A model generated the notes under the pieces. The model ran no database searches, was not told the origin of the DNA, and worked only from the letters and a program-made list of their open reading frames with translations. Of a stretch of 64,000 nt of DNA, positions 14,503 to 28,208 are shown piece by piece (the first letter of the stretch is position 1; the number at the start of each line of letters is the position of its first letter). The position numbers and the translations under genes were made by a program. Source of the DNA: Eledone cirrhosa (lineage: Eukaryota); NCBI GenBank assembly GCA_964016885.1, contig OZ024743.1, forward strand, positions 32,860,001 through 32,924,000, written 5' to 3'.

Positions 14503-16262
14503 TCATCGGCGTTTTAACATCCACTTTCCCTGCTAGCAATGGTTGGATGGGTCTTCATAGACAAAGTCATTACAGGGATCTGTGTCTTGCTTTATGTATG
14601 TTCGACAATCAATTGAGTGCACAGATGAAGTTGTCATGTCTTTGACACAACTGAGGGTCCTCTTGGCCCCTTTGTTTAGCAGATTTCTATGGCTGCATGC
14701 CCCTTCTATAACCAACCACTTTACAGCGTTTACTGGGGGCATTTATTATGCAGATCACCAACACTAGGGAAGCTGTCATGTCCTTGACATGACTGAAGGG
14801 GCCTCATGACCCTTTATCTGGCAAGCTTTCTACAGCTGGATGTCTTTCTTATCACCAACAACTATACAGTGTGTACTGGGTGAGTTTAATATGTAGGTCA
14901 GCAAACACTAGAGAGGCTGTCATGCCTGAAGGGTCCTGCCAAAACTTTGATTGTTTAGCCCCCATGGCTGAATACCCATCCCATCACCAACTGTTTCACA
15001 AGAGGGAGGGGGAAGCTATTAGGAATAGGGGAGCATGTACTGTGAGGTTGAAAGAGTGATATTGAGGATAACTGTTAGGAGTGCTACTGGAAGTGGGGGC
15101 AGGTCAGGTCACATTGTCAGGTCTTCGTCAAAACTGCATAGCACCCGCTCTCGCGGTCTTTAGTCATTTCTGTTGTGAGGTTTAGGTTTCACAACATCAT
15201 CACATATTTTCCCATGTCTGCCTCTCCCATGGGTCCCAGCCACTGGGAGTTCTCTGCATTTCTTTATGCAGCTGCTATCTTCCATGTGCATCACATGTCC
15301 ATACCAAAACAGTCTTCTCTCTTGCATACTACAACTAATTCCTCTTATGCTAAGTTTTTCCTTTAGTTTGCTTATGTTATGTCGCTCATTAACATTACAC
15401 ATCCATCGAAGCATACTCGACTAATTTCTTTCTAGCCTTTGCAGGTCTTCTGCAGTCAAGGCCCATGTTTCTCTGCTGTGTAGCATAGTAGTTTGCACAC
15501 TGGCATCATACAGTCTACCCCTTCACTCTAAGAGGAAAACATTTTGAAAACGTTTTAGATCTCTAAACTTCTTCCAGCCTGTTCTTATCCTAGCTATCAC
15601 ACTTTCCGCACATCCTCCCCCACTGCTAATTTGGTCACCTAGATAGTGAAAGTTGTCAACAACATTTATGGAGCCCCCTGGCAGCTGAGAGAATCTATTT
15701 CATGTGTGTTCCTTGTGTTTACTTCCCCTGTGCATCTGCCACATATAAAGTCTATCTTTTCCATTGGCCTACTTGCAATCCCACTACATCTCTTATGCAT
15801 CCATAATTTACATTGTGTGACCTTATGGAATTTCTGCATATCACTTTCTGACGTATTGAACAAGGCCACTTTCCTGATGGTTTCACTTTCCTTTTTTCTT
15901 TTCTACTTATTAAAACTCTCGTCTTAGCTAAATTTACATTTAGGACCTTCAGCTCTAGGTTCTTCTTCCATGCTTGAAATTTTGCTTCTAACTCTCCTAT
16001 GGATTCTGCTATGAATACTAGGTTATCAGCATATAGGAGCTCCGATGGAATGCCAGTTTTAAGCTCCTCAGTGATGGCCTGAAGCACAGTGATAAACAGG
16101 AGTGGACTGAGGACTGATCCTTGGTGGACCCGCTGCACTTCAAATTCATCAGTGTACTCATTGCCAACTCTCACATTGCTGGTTGCACCACTATACATGG
16201 CCTGCACAACCCTCACAAACGATTCATCTATGCCTAGCTTTCTAAGTGCCCACCAGATTATA
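14500..16262 (-). mobile_element. Degraded 5'-truncated RTE LINE with PHD finger; 3' UTR holds a ~143-bp tandem duplication
   Basis: [40 protein letters not shown]; duplicated units at about 14633-14775 and 14775-14920. Confidence 0.88.
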
Positions 16263-19009
16263 GAGCATCTATATATACATACATACACACACTCACATAT
16301 ATATGTATATATGTGTGTGTGTATATATATTAGTATCTGCTATACTGTGGCTACAACTTCGATTTATACCTATTATTATTGTTATTTTATATATATATAC
16401 ACATATATGTGTATATATATATAATTTTCCAAAAGTTGAAATAGAAAATATACAGTTGTATCCATGTGTTAAAAACTAAACAAAGAAGAGGGGAAAATGA
16501 TAGACAGAAAAAAATAAAGGATCTTTTCTTCATCTTTATCTCAAAATCAAATTCATTTCTTATAGGTTATCACCAAAGAACAGGTGGTTGTGTTTGTTGT
16601 TTCTTTTTTCCCCAATGATCAAACTACTAATATTAATTCACATTCTATCTCAATTCTCCATTTTCTTCATCCTGTGAATCTTGTTAAAATTTCTTTTCCT
16701 ACCCTATTATAGCCATTGTGCAAATTCTCTTGTTTCGTTATTGCTCGAATTTGCTTACTAATTTTATACCCTCTCACTCACATTTAAACATATTTTGAAA
16801 CATTAAAACACTTTACATGATGAACACTTTAATATATATGTAGTATAGTATTTGCAACAAATATATCAGGCGCCTCATCTATTAACTGTTTTGATGCCAA
16901 ACTACCCAAAACTACTGCTGTTGTTATGATGAAAAACAGTTTGCTTTTGTGTTCATGTTTATATGTGAACCTTCCATTATAAATTTGTGTAATAACCGTT
17001 TGTGAAATTATGTTCTACCAACTTAATAATGAGAAAAATCCCTGCAAATCCTTGGTTATTTTCAAAATTATTTTAAAATCATAGACAGTGGCAATTAATT
17101 GGAATTGTGGTAACAAAAGGATTAACAATACACAAACTACAGTAAAGAGTATCATATGAACCAAATCCGTACTAACTATACAATAGATGTATAGTTAGTG
17201 CTAGTCCAATAGAACTGCTTTTGACTGCTAGTATCTCATTATAGTCTCTCTTTATATCTTGAGTTACAAAATATGGTTTTCTAGATCTATTCTCCACCAT
17301 GCACTCTGCCCATGCTAGAATCATAATCATTGTGTAATTATAACTGTACCTGTATAAATTATGTACCTTTGAAAATATATCACATTATGCCTTGGAGAGT
17401 TTGTGAAGAAAGATTATTTAAAGTGTCTGACCATGAGAAACCTTTTAGATGTTAGGAAGAGGGGAGACAAATGTATCAAGTGGGGGTAATGCCACACATC
17501 ATAAGAATGGTAAACAAGCTGCATTTTGTTGAACCTTTTTCTGGATTCTCTTTTAAATGTTTACATGTGTAACAACTTGTTTCCTGTAGAAGGTCAGCAG
17601 ATATTCACTCTTGAAATGTTTTCTAGTAGTAAAGAGAAAGCTTAACTTTTCAGGTGCAGTTGCATGCATGTTTATTGTATGTAGTTACCAGGTAATGTCT
17701 TTTGACATGTCAAACCTAGTATCTAATATTTGTGAAGGTTTCATTGTTTATGGGTTGAGTAAAGGTATACTGTTGCAAATGTGTTCTAGACAGGTGTACT
17801 TTGTTTTGAAACTGAATCAGTGTGATCTTGCACTTGACCTTGGCAACTAGCTGAACTGAGATGATGCAGTATACAGTATTCTACCCACTAGAAGGGAACA
17901 TATTTTCAATAGGTCAAATCCACCCAATGCACTCACTTTTACTCTCACCATCTTTATTGTGACTCACAAACGACACTAAATTATTTAGTTCAATTTTTTT
18001 TTCTCTACATGTATTTTTAGTATCTACATAAATTTTCAGAAGCTTTAGCTAAGTATCAAGCAAATTATGAACATGGGCATAATCCCTGTTTCTGAGCAAA
18101 TAAAAACACCCTTCCTGAGTTATGGAATTACAGTACAATATCTGTTAAAGCTATTATGGCTATTATTGTATGCTCTAGACCATATCTGACTACCTTTATT
18201 ATTACATTTCTGTCATCATAAGTTATCCATCAGCCCAAATCTGTTATTTGTGCATCACTCAACTTCATTTATTCTAACTTGTTATTCTATATTCATTCAG
18301 TACCCTTTTCTCATATTTTTTATTCCTTTTCTTTATCTACAGTCATTTGCAAAGTTTTTATTACAATACCTATTCACCATTTGTTGGAAATGTCATGCCA
18401 GTTGTATACTTGTGCATCATTTGCAATGTGAGAAACCATCATCATCGTTATCATATAATGGAAATTTCAAATTTATTTAGTTTTGCATTGATAGAGATAT
18501 CTTTGTGCAACACAGCTAAAAATCTATCATAGATAAAAGACATGGGTATAAGTAGCTAATAATGTTCTAATCTTGCCTCAAACTTTTGCAATCTTCATTT
18601 TCTGTTCCTATATTACCTTTTATAATTTGTTCTTTTCTTATTTCAATAAAAATTATTGCCACATTTATTTCTCCCTAAAATGTTTTCAGCTGTTTATTGC
18701 AGAGCAATCTTTCTTTTTTAGTATGAATGTTTTTATAATTTAATTTATGTTGAAGAAAGTTATCAAATGTGTTCACTCAAAATATGTTAGTATTGAATTT
18801 TTCATCTGCAATGAAATATGATTTAATATTCTGATTGATTTTAGCATATTAAAAATATTTTAATGTATGTAAAAAAAAAGGGAACAAGAAAATAATTTTT
18901 ATAATGAGTCTATAATGAAACAAAATTGTCATTATTTTGCCTGATCACACATCTTAAATTTAATGCATTTGGGATTTCTTCTTCACTTTAGATTCTTTAC
19001 TTATAATTG

Positions 19010-19012
<3 letters not shown>

Positions 19013-19073
<61 letters not shown>
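19013..19073. repeat. (TA)n microsatellite
   Basis: Direct inspection. Confidence 0.95.
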
Positions 19074-19076
<3 letters not shown>

Positions 19077-20975
19077 GTTATCAATATGCATCCATTCTGA
19101 TATTCTTTATTGAAAGGTTTTCATTTGTAAGGAATATAGACGGCATTATATTAAGTAAATGTATATGGTTATGTTGAGAATTGAGTCATACAATGTAATA
19201 GGGTTATAAATACCTGCTATTATTTCTGTTCATCTGAATGATGCTATTGGTATGTAATTGTGTTCAGCCATTGATATTTGTGCAAATGCACATACCTACA
19301 CTTTTATGTGGGAATGTTTATATGTGCACAGTTATATACTTTGTATCTTGGTTATTATTTTCAATATCATAGATTTAATGTCCTTTCCAATGTTCATGTG
19401 TTGGAGATATTTGCACAGAACTAAATTAAATGAAAATGTGAAAAAGTGTTTATCTAAGAAAGTTAGATTATGAATAAGAGAGTTACATGAAAATAATGTT
19501 GCATTCACATTAGGCCAATATATCATACATTGAGTAATATTTGCTTATTGTATTGTTGCTCTCAACCTTTGTGTTCCTATCTGCACCTCAAATTGTGGTA
19601 CTAAACATAAAAGTTTATTAGCTTGTGAGCTGAATTGTATTAGAATTATAATACCTGATAATAATTAGAGATTCTCCTCTTGTAGTCAATATAGTTTCAG
19701 AAGGTAGTTTTCAGATCTCACTCAGCTCTCAGCTTTCTGTCAAACATAATTGAAGGGCTTCAGTTTGCATGAGCCCTTGCTTTTGTAGATGAAACTAAGA
19801 TTTCACAAAATATACGACAGCAAAATATATTAGAATATTCCAGAATGGGTTGGTTTCAATGTACAGGAGCTGAATGATCATATGAATTTCAATGCTATCT
19901 TGGGAAGGATGTTTTCAATTAAATATTTAATGTTGACCCAAACAAAGAACCAATTCAAAATTCAGAATCTGTCTGGGCCTTAAAAATCACACATAATAAT
20001 TGACTGGCACTGTTGTAACATATCAAACAGAAACCTGAGAACATCCTCTATCAGAATTTTAGTAGTAATGCTTGCATTACTGCTAAAATTCGTAAACTAC
20101 TAATTGCAGCCGTTGTACTTCATTACTTATAGACAAATATACTTACAAAGTATGAACATAAAGATATTTCAGCAAGAAAATAACATCAATTAAACTAGTA
20201 AATCACTGTAAATACTTCAACTCCTGATGATCTACTCCCTAGAATACAAGAGATAAAGAGAGAGAGTTTGTGTGTGTGTAATATGTACTATTTGTTTTTG
20301 AAAGATTCTGGAAAATACAGTACAACCCGTTAAAGAAAACTTCAATATAAATCAGAGAATAGACAATCACCCAACGTTTCATCAGCTGTCAATCAAGCAA
20401 AAACTTTATATTGCAATGGTTTTGATTTGGTGAAACCTTCGTCGTTTACATTCTTTATCTAAAGAAATCAGAAATCTGATGATGACCTCTGTTAAATGAC
20501 TTCTCTCTTACATCCCAAACCAGCCATTTCAACTGGTTATATAATCAATGTAACGGGAGGGGGGGGTTAATCTACAGTCCTTTTTCCTCTTTCATTCAAA
20601 TTTTGTCTGCCTTCTGCTCATATTTAATTACTTTAATTCATCCGAGCTTTGATACAAATGATGAAATTATAATTGCTCTTTCAAAATGAGTGAATTCAAA
20701 ATATTAAAGAAATAGGTCGATATTATGACCAATACAGAAAGAATAACATCAAAGTACACATATTCACTAATATACATGCAATAATCAGTATAAACAAAAC
20801 TTTCAGACGTTTTGCAGCAATACCCTTGAATGCATATATGACTGCTATCAAATGACTGAAACCAGTAAAAGGATAAAATATCCCATTCATTCTCTGGTCG
20901 TTATGACACCAGTACTTATTTTATTGGTCTCTTTTTGTAAAACCTCTAAGTTGCAGCACCAAATCAATGGCATGA

Positions 20976-21024
<49 letters not shown>

Positions 21025-21163
21025 ATGAATAATTAATAATATGGAAAACGAAGAATTAGTGATGCATTGGATAACTGGCATACCGCCTATGAACGCATCC
21101 AAGCAACCTTATTAAAGAACCCTAGGCAGCAATTCTTTGCTTAAACTTTAATCTGTTATTTTA

Positions 21164-21426
<263 letters not shown>

Positions 21427-21600
21427 GCTCGTTTTCAGATACAGAAACTGGAAAAATGTAGGTGAAAAGTTATATCAGCTCGAAAGTATGATATTTATTA
21501 CAATAAACCGTACATAAGGCTACATACAATTTAAAAAATATACCTATATGAATTTGCAAATTTATCTACACACATAGTGTGTATATATATATATATATAT

Positions 21601-22288
21601 ATGAGAGTATTGAAGTTTGCTTGAAGCATTGTGGAATAATAGGTAAATATCTTTAAGTCGTTTGGAAGCCTCGACAATGCAAATGGGTAAATCTCCGGGT
21701 AACAAGATCCGGTGATGGAGAGAGAGATGTAAGTGGGTGTACGTTGAGATGCGTGGTGTGTATAAGATGTGTAGAGGAATGAAAGAAAGAGTATAAAGGA
21801 TAAAATAAAAATAACAACACGAGAGAGAGTTACCTTGGGAGAGATTTAATTGTCCCTATATATTTTGGATTCACATCCATCAACTGGGGTTTTTTTCCGG
21901 GGTGGGGGAAAGGTTGTCTGTCGGAAAGGTGCGAAACGCGTCCTCCGCTGTTTGTTGTTTTGATATTCAGAACAACAAACAGCGGAGGATGCGTTTCGCA
22001 CCTTTCCGAGAGACAACCTTTGCCCCACCCCGGAAAAAATCCCCAGTTGATGGATGTGAATCTGAAATATATAGGGACAATTAAATCTCTCCCAAGGTAA
22101 CTCTCTTTCATGTTGTTATTTTTATTTTATCCTTTATACTCTTTCTTTCATTCCTCTACATGTCTTATACACACCACGCATCTCAACGTACACCCACTTA
22201 CATCTCTCTCTCCACCACCGGATCTTGTTACCCGGAGATTTACCCATTTGCATTGTCGAGGCTTCCAAACGACTTAAAGATATTTACC
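21601..22288 (-). mobile_element. Fold-back insertion: ~320-bp arms (21642-22288), 3-nt loop, 40-bp tail, in (TA)n; probably PLE-derived
   Basis: Near-perfect palindrome centred at 21965; hammerhead-like fold in each arm. Confidence 0.85.
22040..22077 (+). ncRNA. Degenerate hammerhead-like motif (mirror copy at about 21853-21890, minus)
   Basis: tccc-CAGTTGA-t-ggat(gtga)atc[c/t]-GAAA-tata-TA-ggga; the core deviates from CUGANGA at two positions. Confidence 0.4.
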
Positions 22289-24264
22289 ATATATATATAT
22301 ATATATACACTTGACATGTTTCTTTAGTTTCTTTTAATTTGAGGCTATAGTAAAAGATAGTTGAGTTGTTCAAGGTGCTGAAACTATGTGCTTACAAAGG
22401 AAACTCCTAGACCATACAACCATGCTAAAATATACAAAGACACTCTGCATTGTAACTTGTAGTCAGAAACCTGATTAGTGGTACTGTGAAATGATTGCAC
22501 TGAGAAGAAAAAGGATGATAATTGTACTAATGATGGTGTTGATGGATTAGTGGAATGTTATCTAGAAATATGTTAAAAGGCTTTTCAATTATCTCTTGTC
22601 TATATTTAATTTAAAATAATTTCCCTCTAGTACAATTTTCTACAAATGTTGAAATTAAGATAATTACTCAAACTAATTAAATTCTCCACTAAAGATATGG
22701 AAAACTTAAAACTCTAAACAACCTTTAAAGCTACTATAGATATTAGATTAAAGTTGAGTCATTGTATACAGAGATTATAAATATTGAACCATCTAATGCT
22801 GTTTAGGAGTTATTTTCTCTTTTATGGTTCTGTATCTTAGAAGTATTTATTTGTTCCAATATAGGAACTATCAGTCAGAGAGAGAGAGAGCCCATGTTGA
22901 AACCAATCTTTAAAAAACTACCAACATTGGAAGTTCAATATATGATTACAAGTCTACTAAATATAAACAAAATCTGAGTACATGGAAGTTACGAAAAGAT
23001 TCAACAACAGAAACTTCAAGCTGTTTTACAGCTTCCTTTGTTTCCTGTTTACTTTTCTTATGCATAATCTGCCTCACATTGGTCTTAAATATTTGAAATT
23101 TTAGTTTGGTTATTTTATTTGTTTTTTTCCCTTTTTTCTTTTTATTATTTTAGTGTTTAGTATTTGCTCTTTTTTCATTTTTTATTATTTGTCTCACTAG
23201 TTCTTTTTGATTATCAATTGTAAGAAGTACTCGATACTTCCCCTAGTCTGCCATAGATTACTAGCTCTGTACGGACGCTTAAATTGAATAGATAAATAAT
23301 TATATATATATTGTAGTTAGTCATGTGTCAGATTATATTTATAGTTGAAAATAGTAGTTGAAGTCCCCATAGTATGGTGTACAGATATTGTATGAAATGG
23401 GTGCTGGCATAACATGGCTATGTGGTTAAGAATTTCATTTTGCTACCAATTAGTTCTTGGATAGCTCCTATATTATGGTACCTTAGAAAGTATCTTCTAC
23501 CATAGCCTTGTGCTCATCAATGCTTTGTGGATGGAAATTGGGAGATGGAAACTGTTTAAAAAACCATTACATCTATATGTGTATGTATATTTTGCTTGTG
23601 TATAAAATTGAAAGATATAGACATCACTGAGAAAACAAAAATGATATGGTGCTTTAGAATAAAAACACAATCAGAAATGCAATGACCCAATGGAAATCTG
23701 AAATCAAATGTGATTTAAAAGAAATATATATATATAACATGTATTGTTAAAAATATGATATATACATATAGAATAATGTATTTTGGTGCAGTAAAAGTCT
23801 TTATGTACAGCTCACACTTATGTAGGTTTATTAGAAAGTGTCTTGAGTGTTTTAATAGTAGGAACCTCAGTCCTCTCATCAAAACTAAACACCTGTCTGG
23901 TGCAGAGATTAATCCACAGTTTTTGCTGGTGCTCATTGTGTTTATCAGCTGTGTGGACTGGAACGATGTTAATTGAAACATCTTGTTCAAGGGTACAAAA
24001 TGCCATCTGGGCCAAGAATCTGACCCAATGTCATTATGATTGGGACTCTAACACTTAACTACTAGGTCACATGCCACTTTTAATATTAATATCATGTCAT
24101 TTTATGAGCCCTTACATCTTGATAGAGTCATAGGGATGCTTTTGTGATATACTGTCTTGTCTTGGGCATATAAACCTAAGGAGCCCATCCCTCTGTATGT
24201 CTGAACACTGCCAATTTCTTAAAGGGAGAGAGAGAAAGTGTGTGTGTGTGTTAATCTACATCAG

Positions 24265-24408
24265 TACTAGTCTGGTACTATATTGACTTTGAAAGCATGA
24301 ATGGCAAGGTTGACCTTGGCTGGATTTGAATTCAGAGTGCAGAGAGCTGGAATGAACACCACAAGGTGTTCTATCGAATGTTCTAATGACTCTGGCAATT
24401 CACCACCC
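24265..24408 (-). mobile_element. Degenerate SINE family B
   Basis: GGCAAGGTTGACCTTGGCTGGATTTGAATTCAGA resembles the family B core. Confidence 0.6.
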
Positions 24409-25344
24409 TCTTTAAGATAACTACTGAGTTACAAACCCAATGCATTGGTAGTAGGTGCATATGCATGAAGATATATATCTTATATATATCATATATCTTC
24501 TTAGTTAACATATACAACACAATATCAACTAGGACTATGACAAGGTTGAGAAAGAAGACTTAGAAAACTGATATGTCGCTAATTATTCAATCAGCTTCTT
24601 GTTGCCTCAGAATGATTTAAAAACTATTGTATAAACTAAAATTTGAAAATTATATATATGCTCATTTCTTAAGCTACATAATATTTATAGTCTGAGAAAA
24701 TTAATATAATAAATAATTTATTTTACATTTGCATTTGTGATGGCTTTATTTATACCCTATGTTTGACTTCAAGATGTATACTAAATCCAATGTGACAAAA
24801 TATTGCTTAAATCAAGAAGTATTTGTTTTGAAATCAATTAGTCTTTTACTTCAGCAATTATCAATAGTGCTGATACATCAATCATAAAGTTATTAATGTT
24901 TCATATAATCGGATTAGCTAAATGTGTGATTAGCTGTACTTCTAGCTTTCAAAATTACTATAATACTTGAGGGCTCTGCAGTTTATTATATCCTCTTTGA
25001 CTAATTCAAACATCCTACATTATTTATTATCTATTTAAATATTAAGCTGTGAAATTTGCTAAACTGTTCACATAAATCAATAATAATACAAAATATATTA
25101 TTACTTCTACAAGAAACAAAATATTAAGAATTTAATATAAATCTGATGATCTTTCAAAAGTTTTGTCACTATATAATTCATGTGCATTTATAACATATTC
25201 ACATATTCAATTCAAATTTTTTTTATAATAGATAAAATTATGTAAAAAATATTTAATATATATATATATTTCTTTTTGTCTATGTCTTGATTGTTATTAT
25301 TGTAACCCCACAGAAATATCATTATTATGTAATCTGTGGTATTA

Positions 25345-25670
25345 GGCATATCTGAGTGGTTAAGAAGTTCACTTCACAATCATGAGGTCCCCTGCTTCAA
25401 TTCCACTACATGGCATCTTGGGCAAGTGTCTTTATCATAGCCTTGGGTCAACCTAAGTCTTGTGAGTGATACTGGATAGATGGAAACTGTGTGGGCCTGT
25501 TGGATGGATTGTACCTGAAATTCAAACTTCCAACCATGTCACATTGTGTCACATTGATTTGGGTTGGAAATTAAGGGTACACTTTTCTGTAGTCTACTCA
25601 GCCATGTACACATTAATTCAAAAGTTGGAGGCCTGGTTAATGAAACAGCTGAGTGCTCATCATTGAAATC
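25345..25670 (+). mobile_element. Degenerate tRNA-derived SINE
   Basis: AGTGGTTAAG A box, TTCAATTCC B box, CTTGGGCAAGTGTCTT core; tail shared with the 57.0 and 57.8 kb copies. Confidence 0.6.
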
Positions 25671-27221
25671 TCACTATGTAATCTATTGTGAGTTTAGTAA
25701 TATTGAATTATTATCATGTGCTAAAAGATTACCAAACTATACCTGTAGAAAATACAGATTTTTTTTATTGAATGTTTCCACTAAATAAATGTTATCAATA
25801 AATGTTTGAATAATGTCAACACTAAATATATCGTCTCAATTTACTTGCCTCCAGAACAATATTTGCTGTGTAAAAAATAAACTACAAAAAAAGAAGGCAC
25901 TATAAATAAATTATGAGAGGGAACTGAAACTACAGATCCATTTATTCACTCATAAGAATTACATATAGTATAAACCTTGCAAACATCTACTTTCCTCTTT
26001 GCAAAACTATAATTAAATTTTATTGCCTTTTTATATGTTTAAGGTTTATATTTCCTTACTGACAGAATTATTTTATCATAACTGAAATGGAATATGAAAT
26101 GACACTTTCTTACAGTTTATTGTATAAATTGATATCTGAGCTCATGTGACACATATTTGGATTTAAGCATAATTTGGATTTTAGAAAAGTGGGAAAGTGT
26201 TCTGCTACCATAACCGAGTAAGGGAGGAATAGTTTAAACAATCAACTGAATCTTGCCTTTGTTCACCATGAAAATACATTTTACAGCATCAATAAGAAAC
26301 TGCAATGGAAGATTATGTAAATATATTACATACAAATTCATGTGTTTGATTAAAATATCATGGCTCTTTATTCAAATAGCTTACATGTGGTATATATATT
26401 TAAATGTATTATTCAAAATTGGATATAAGCAGTTTGATACTCTACATATTTTACCAGGAAGGCTGAAAATGTTTAGATTTATTTCCATAAAACGTTTTTC
26501 AGCTCAAATATATATATATATAATATTGAGGTAAGCGGAGCAAGCAAGATTTAAACAATATATAAGTGTATGCATTATCATGCTTTTATGTCTTTTTTCC
26601 ATGATAGCATGGTTTAGATGGGTTGTTATCAATTAAGTCAATATGTAATCAGGGCTATAGTCCTCTTAGACTGGCTGGTGTGTAGGCACATATTACTTAC
26701 ATACATTCCAGTTTTGACATGGTGTATATAGCTGGATGATCTTCCTTATCCCAGCCACTTTGCAGAGAGTACTGTGTACATTTTAGCATGGATCCAGCAC
26801 TAAATAGGTTTTCATGTTCTTGACAAAACTGTAGTGTCATCTTGTTTGGCATATATACATGCACACACAAGAGGTATCTTGTTTGACACACATACATACA
26901 CACACGAACATGGATATTATTAAATTATCAGTTACAATTTTATAAATAATATTAAACATAATAGATTGTAACATCATATTGAACTGGTTACTAACAATGA
27001 ACTTTTGACAAGAATTGAATCATAAATTGAATTTCACTCTCTAATTTGCTGAAGTAGACATATTTATCTCCTATTCTAAACATTTAATGCCACAGTATGT
27101 TCATCTATTTCATGGTGTGCATATTGAATATATATCAGGTAAACAGCAGATACATGGTTTCATTCTTATTAGTGAGTCCATTTTCTTTTTAATCTCAAAT
27201 TTAGTATTTACAAGTATATGT

Positions 27222-27560
27222 GAAGGCGCATGGCTTAGTGGTTAGAGCATTGGGTTTGCAATTGAAAGGTCGTTAGTTTGATTCTCGGACCAGGTAATGC
27301 ATTGTGTCCTTGAGCAAGACACTTTATTTCGCATTGCTCCAGTTTACTCAGCTGTAGAAATGAGTTGCGACGTCACTGGTGCCAAGCTGTATCAGCCATA
27401 GCCTTTCCCTTGGACATCATAGGTGGCATGGAGAGCGAAGGCTGGTATGCATGGGGTGACTGCTGGTCTTGCTCAATCAAATTTGCCTGGGCGTGTCTTG
27501 GAGGGAAACTTTCTAGGTTCAAATCCCTTGGTCATTTGTGACCGAAAAGGGTCTTCTCTT
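27222..27560 (+). mobile_element. tRNA-derived SINE, family A head and core with a different tail
   Basis: GGCGCATGGCTTAGTGGTTAGAGCA...CCTTGAGCAAGACACTTTATTTC...CTGTAGAAATGAG, then non-RTE sequence. Confidence 0.8.
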
Positions 27561-27857
27561 CATGTTTGATACATTTTTATTAAAATGTCAGCTACTAAAT
27601 TATCATTTATTATTATTATTAGCGTTAATTTCTACCTGGACATTAAATTAACTTGAGATATCTTGCCATATTGCACGTTAGTAGAAGAAGCATTATCAGT
27701 ATAATTTTATGTCCATTTTTCATGTGAGGGCTGGCCATGTTTGAGTTACTCTATCTCGCTCATACATTTCATATTTTAGCATGTCTTTTATGGTTCGATG
27801 CTATTCCTAACGCCAACCACTTTATAAAATGTACTAGGTGCATTTTATCTCTCTCTA

Positions 27858-27902
<45 letters not shown>

Positions 27903-27919
27903 TATACATTATATACATT

Positions 27920-28012
27920 ATATTGAATATTTACTCCAGTAAGTGTTGAGTGCTTTATATCTGTTATAAAACTTTTAAGGTTGTTGAATCCCAACAAATT
28001 AAATATAACTTC

Positions 28013-28016
<4 letters not shown>
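27920..28016 (+). mobile_element. 3' tail of the 40.2/47.2 kb hammerhead family
   Basis: TACTCC...GAGTGCTTTATATC.GTTATAAA...CCCAACAA...ATAACTT matches 40537-40620 and 47408-47492. Confidence 0.7.
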
Positions 28017-28084
<68 letters not shown>

Positions 28085-28119
28085 TATATACACATAGATA
28101 TATATACATAGATATATAT

Positions 28120-28186
<67 letters not shown>

Positions 28187-28208
28187 GATATAGATATATA
28201 TATATATA

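Noticed and set aside
17400-17900. Possible old LINE RT remnant (FDMSK on the minus strand)
   Set aside because: Only one weak motif.
20030-20110. KPENILY kinase-like peptide next to an 18-bp hairpin (20053-20091)
   Set aside because: No upstream HRD or downstream DFG, and no convincing exon.
20380-20480. Possible GIY-YIG remnant (GET-RRLH)
   Set aside because: Too short and frameshifted to support.
21925-21945. GCGAAACGCGTC resembling a hammerhead 3' half
   Set aside because: No CUGANGA or stem I partner upstream on that strand; the better fold is at 22040-22077.
27222-27295. tRNA gene candidates at SINE heads
   Set aside because: They continue into the shared SINE core, so they are SINE heads and not standalone tRNAs.
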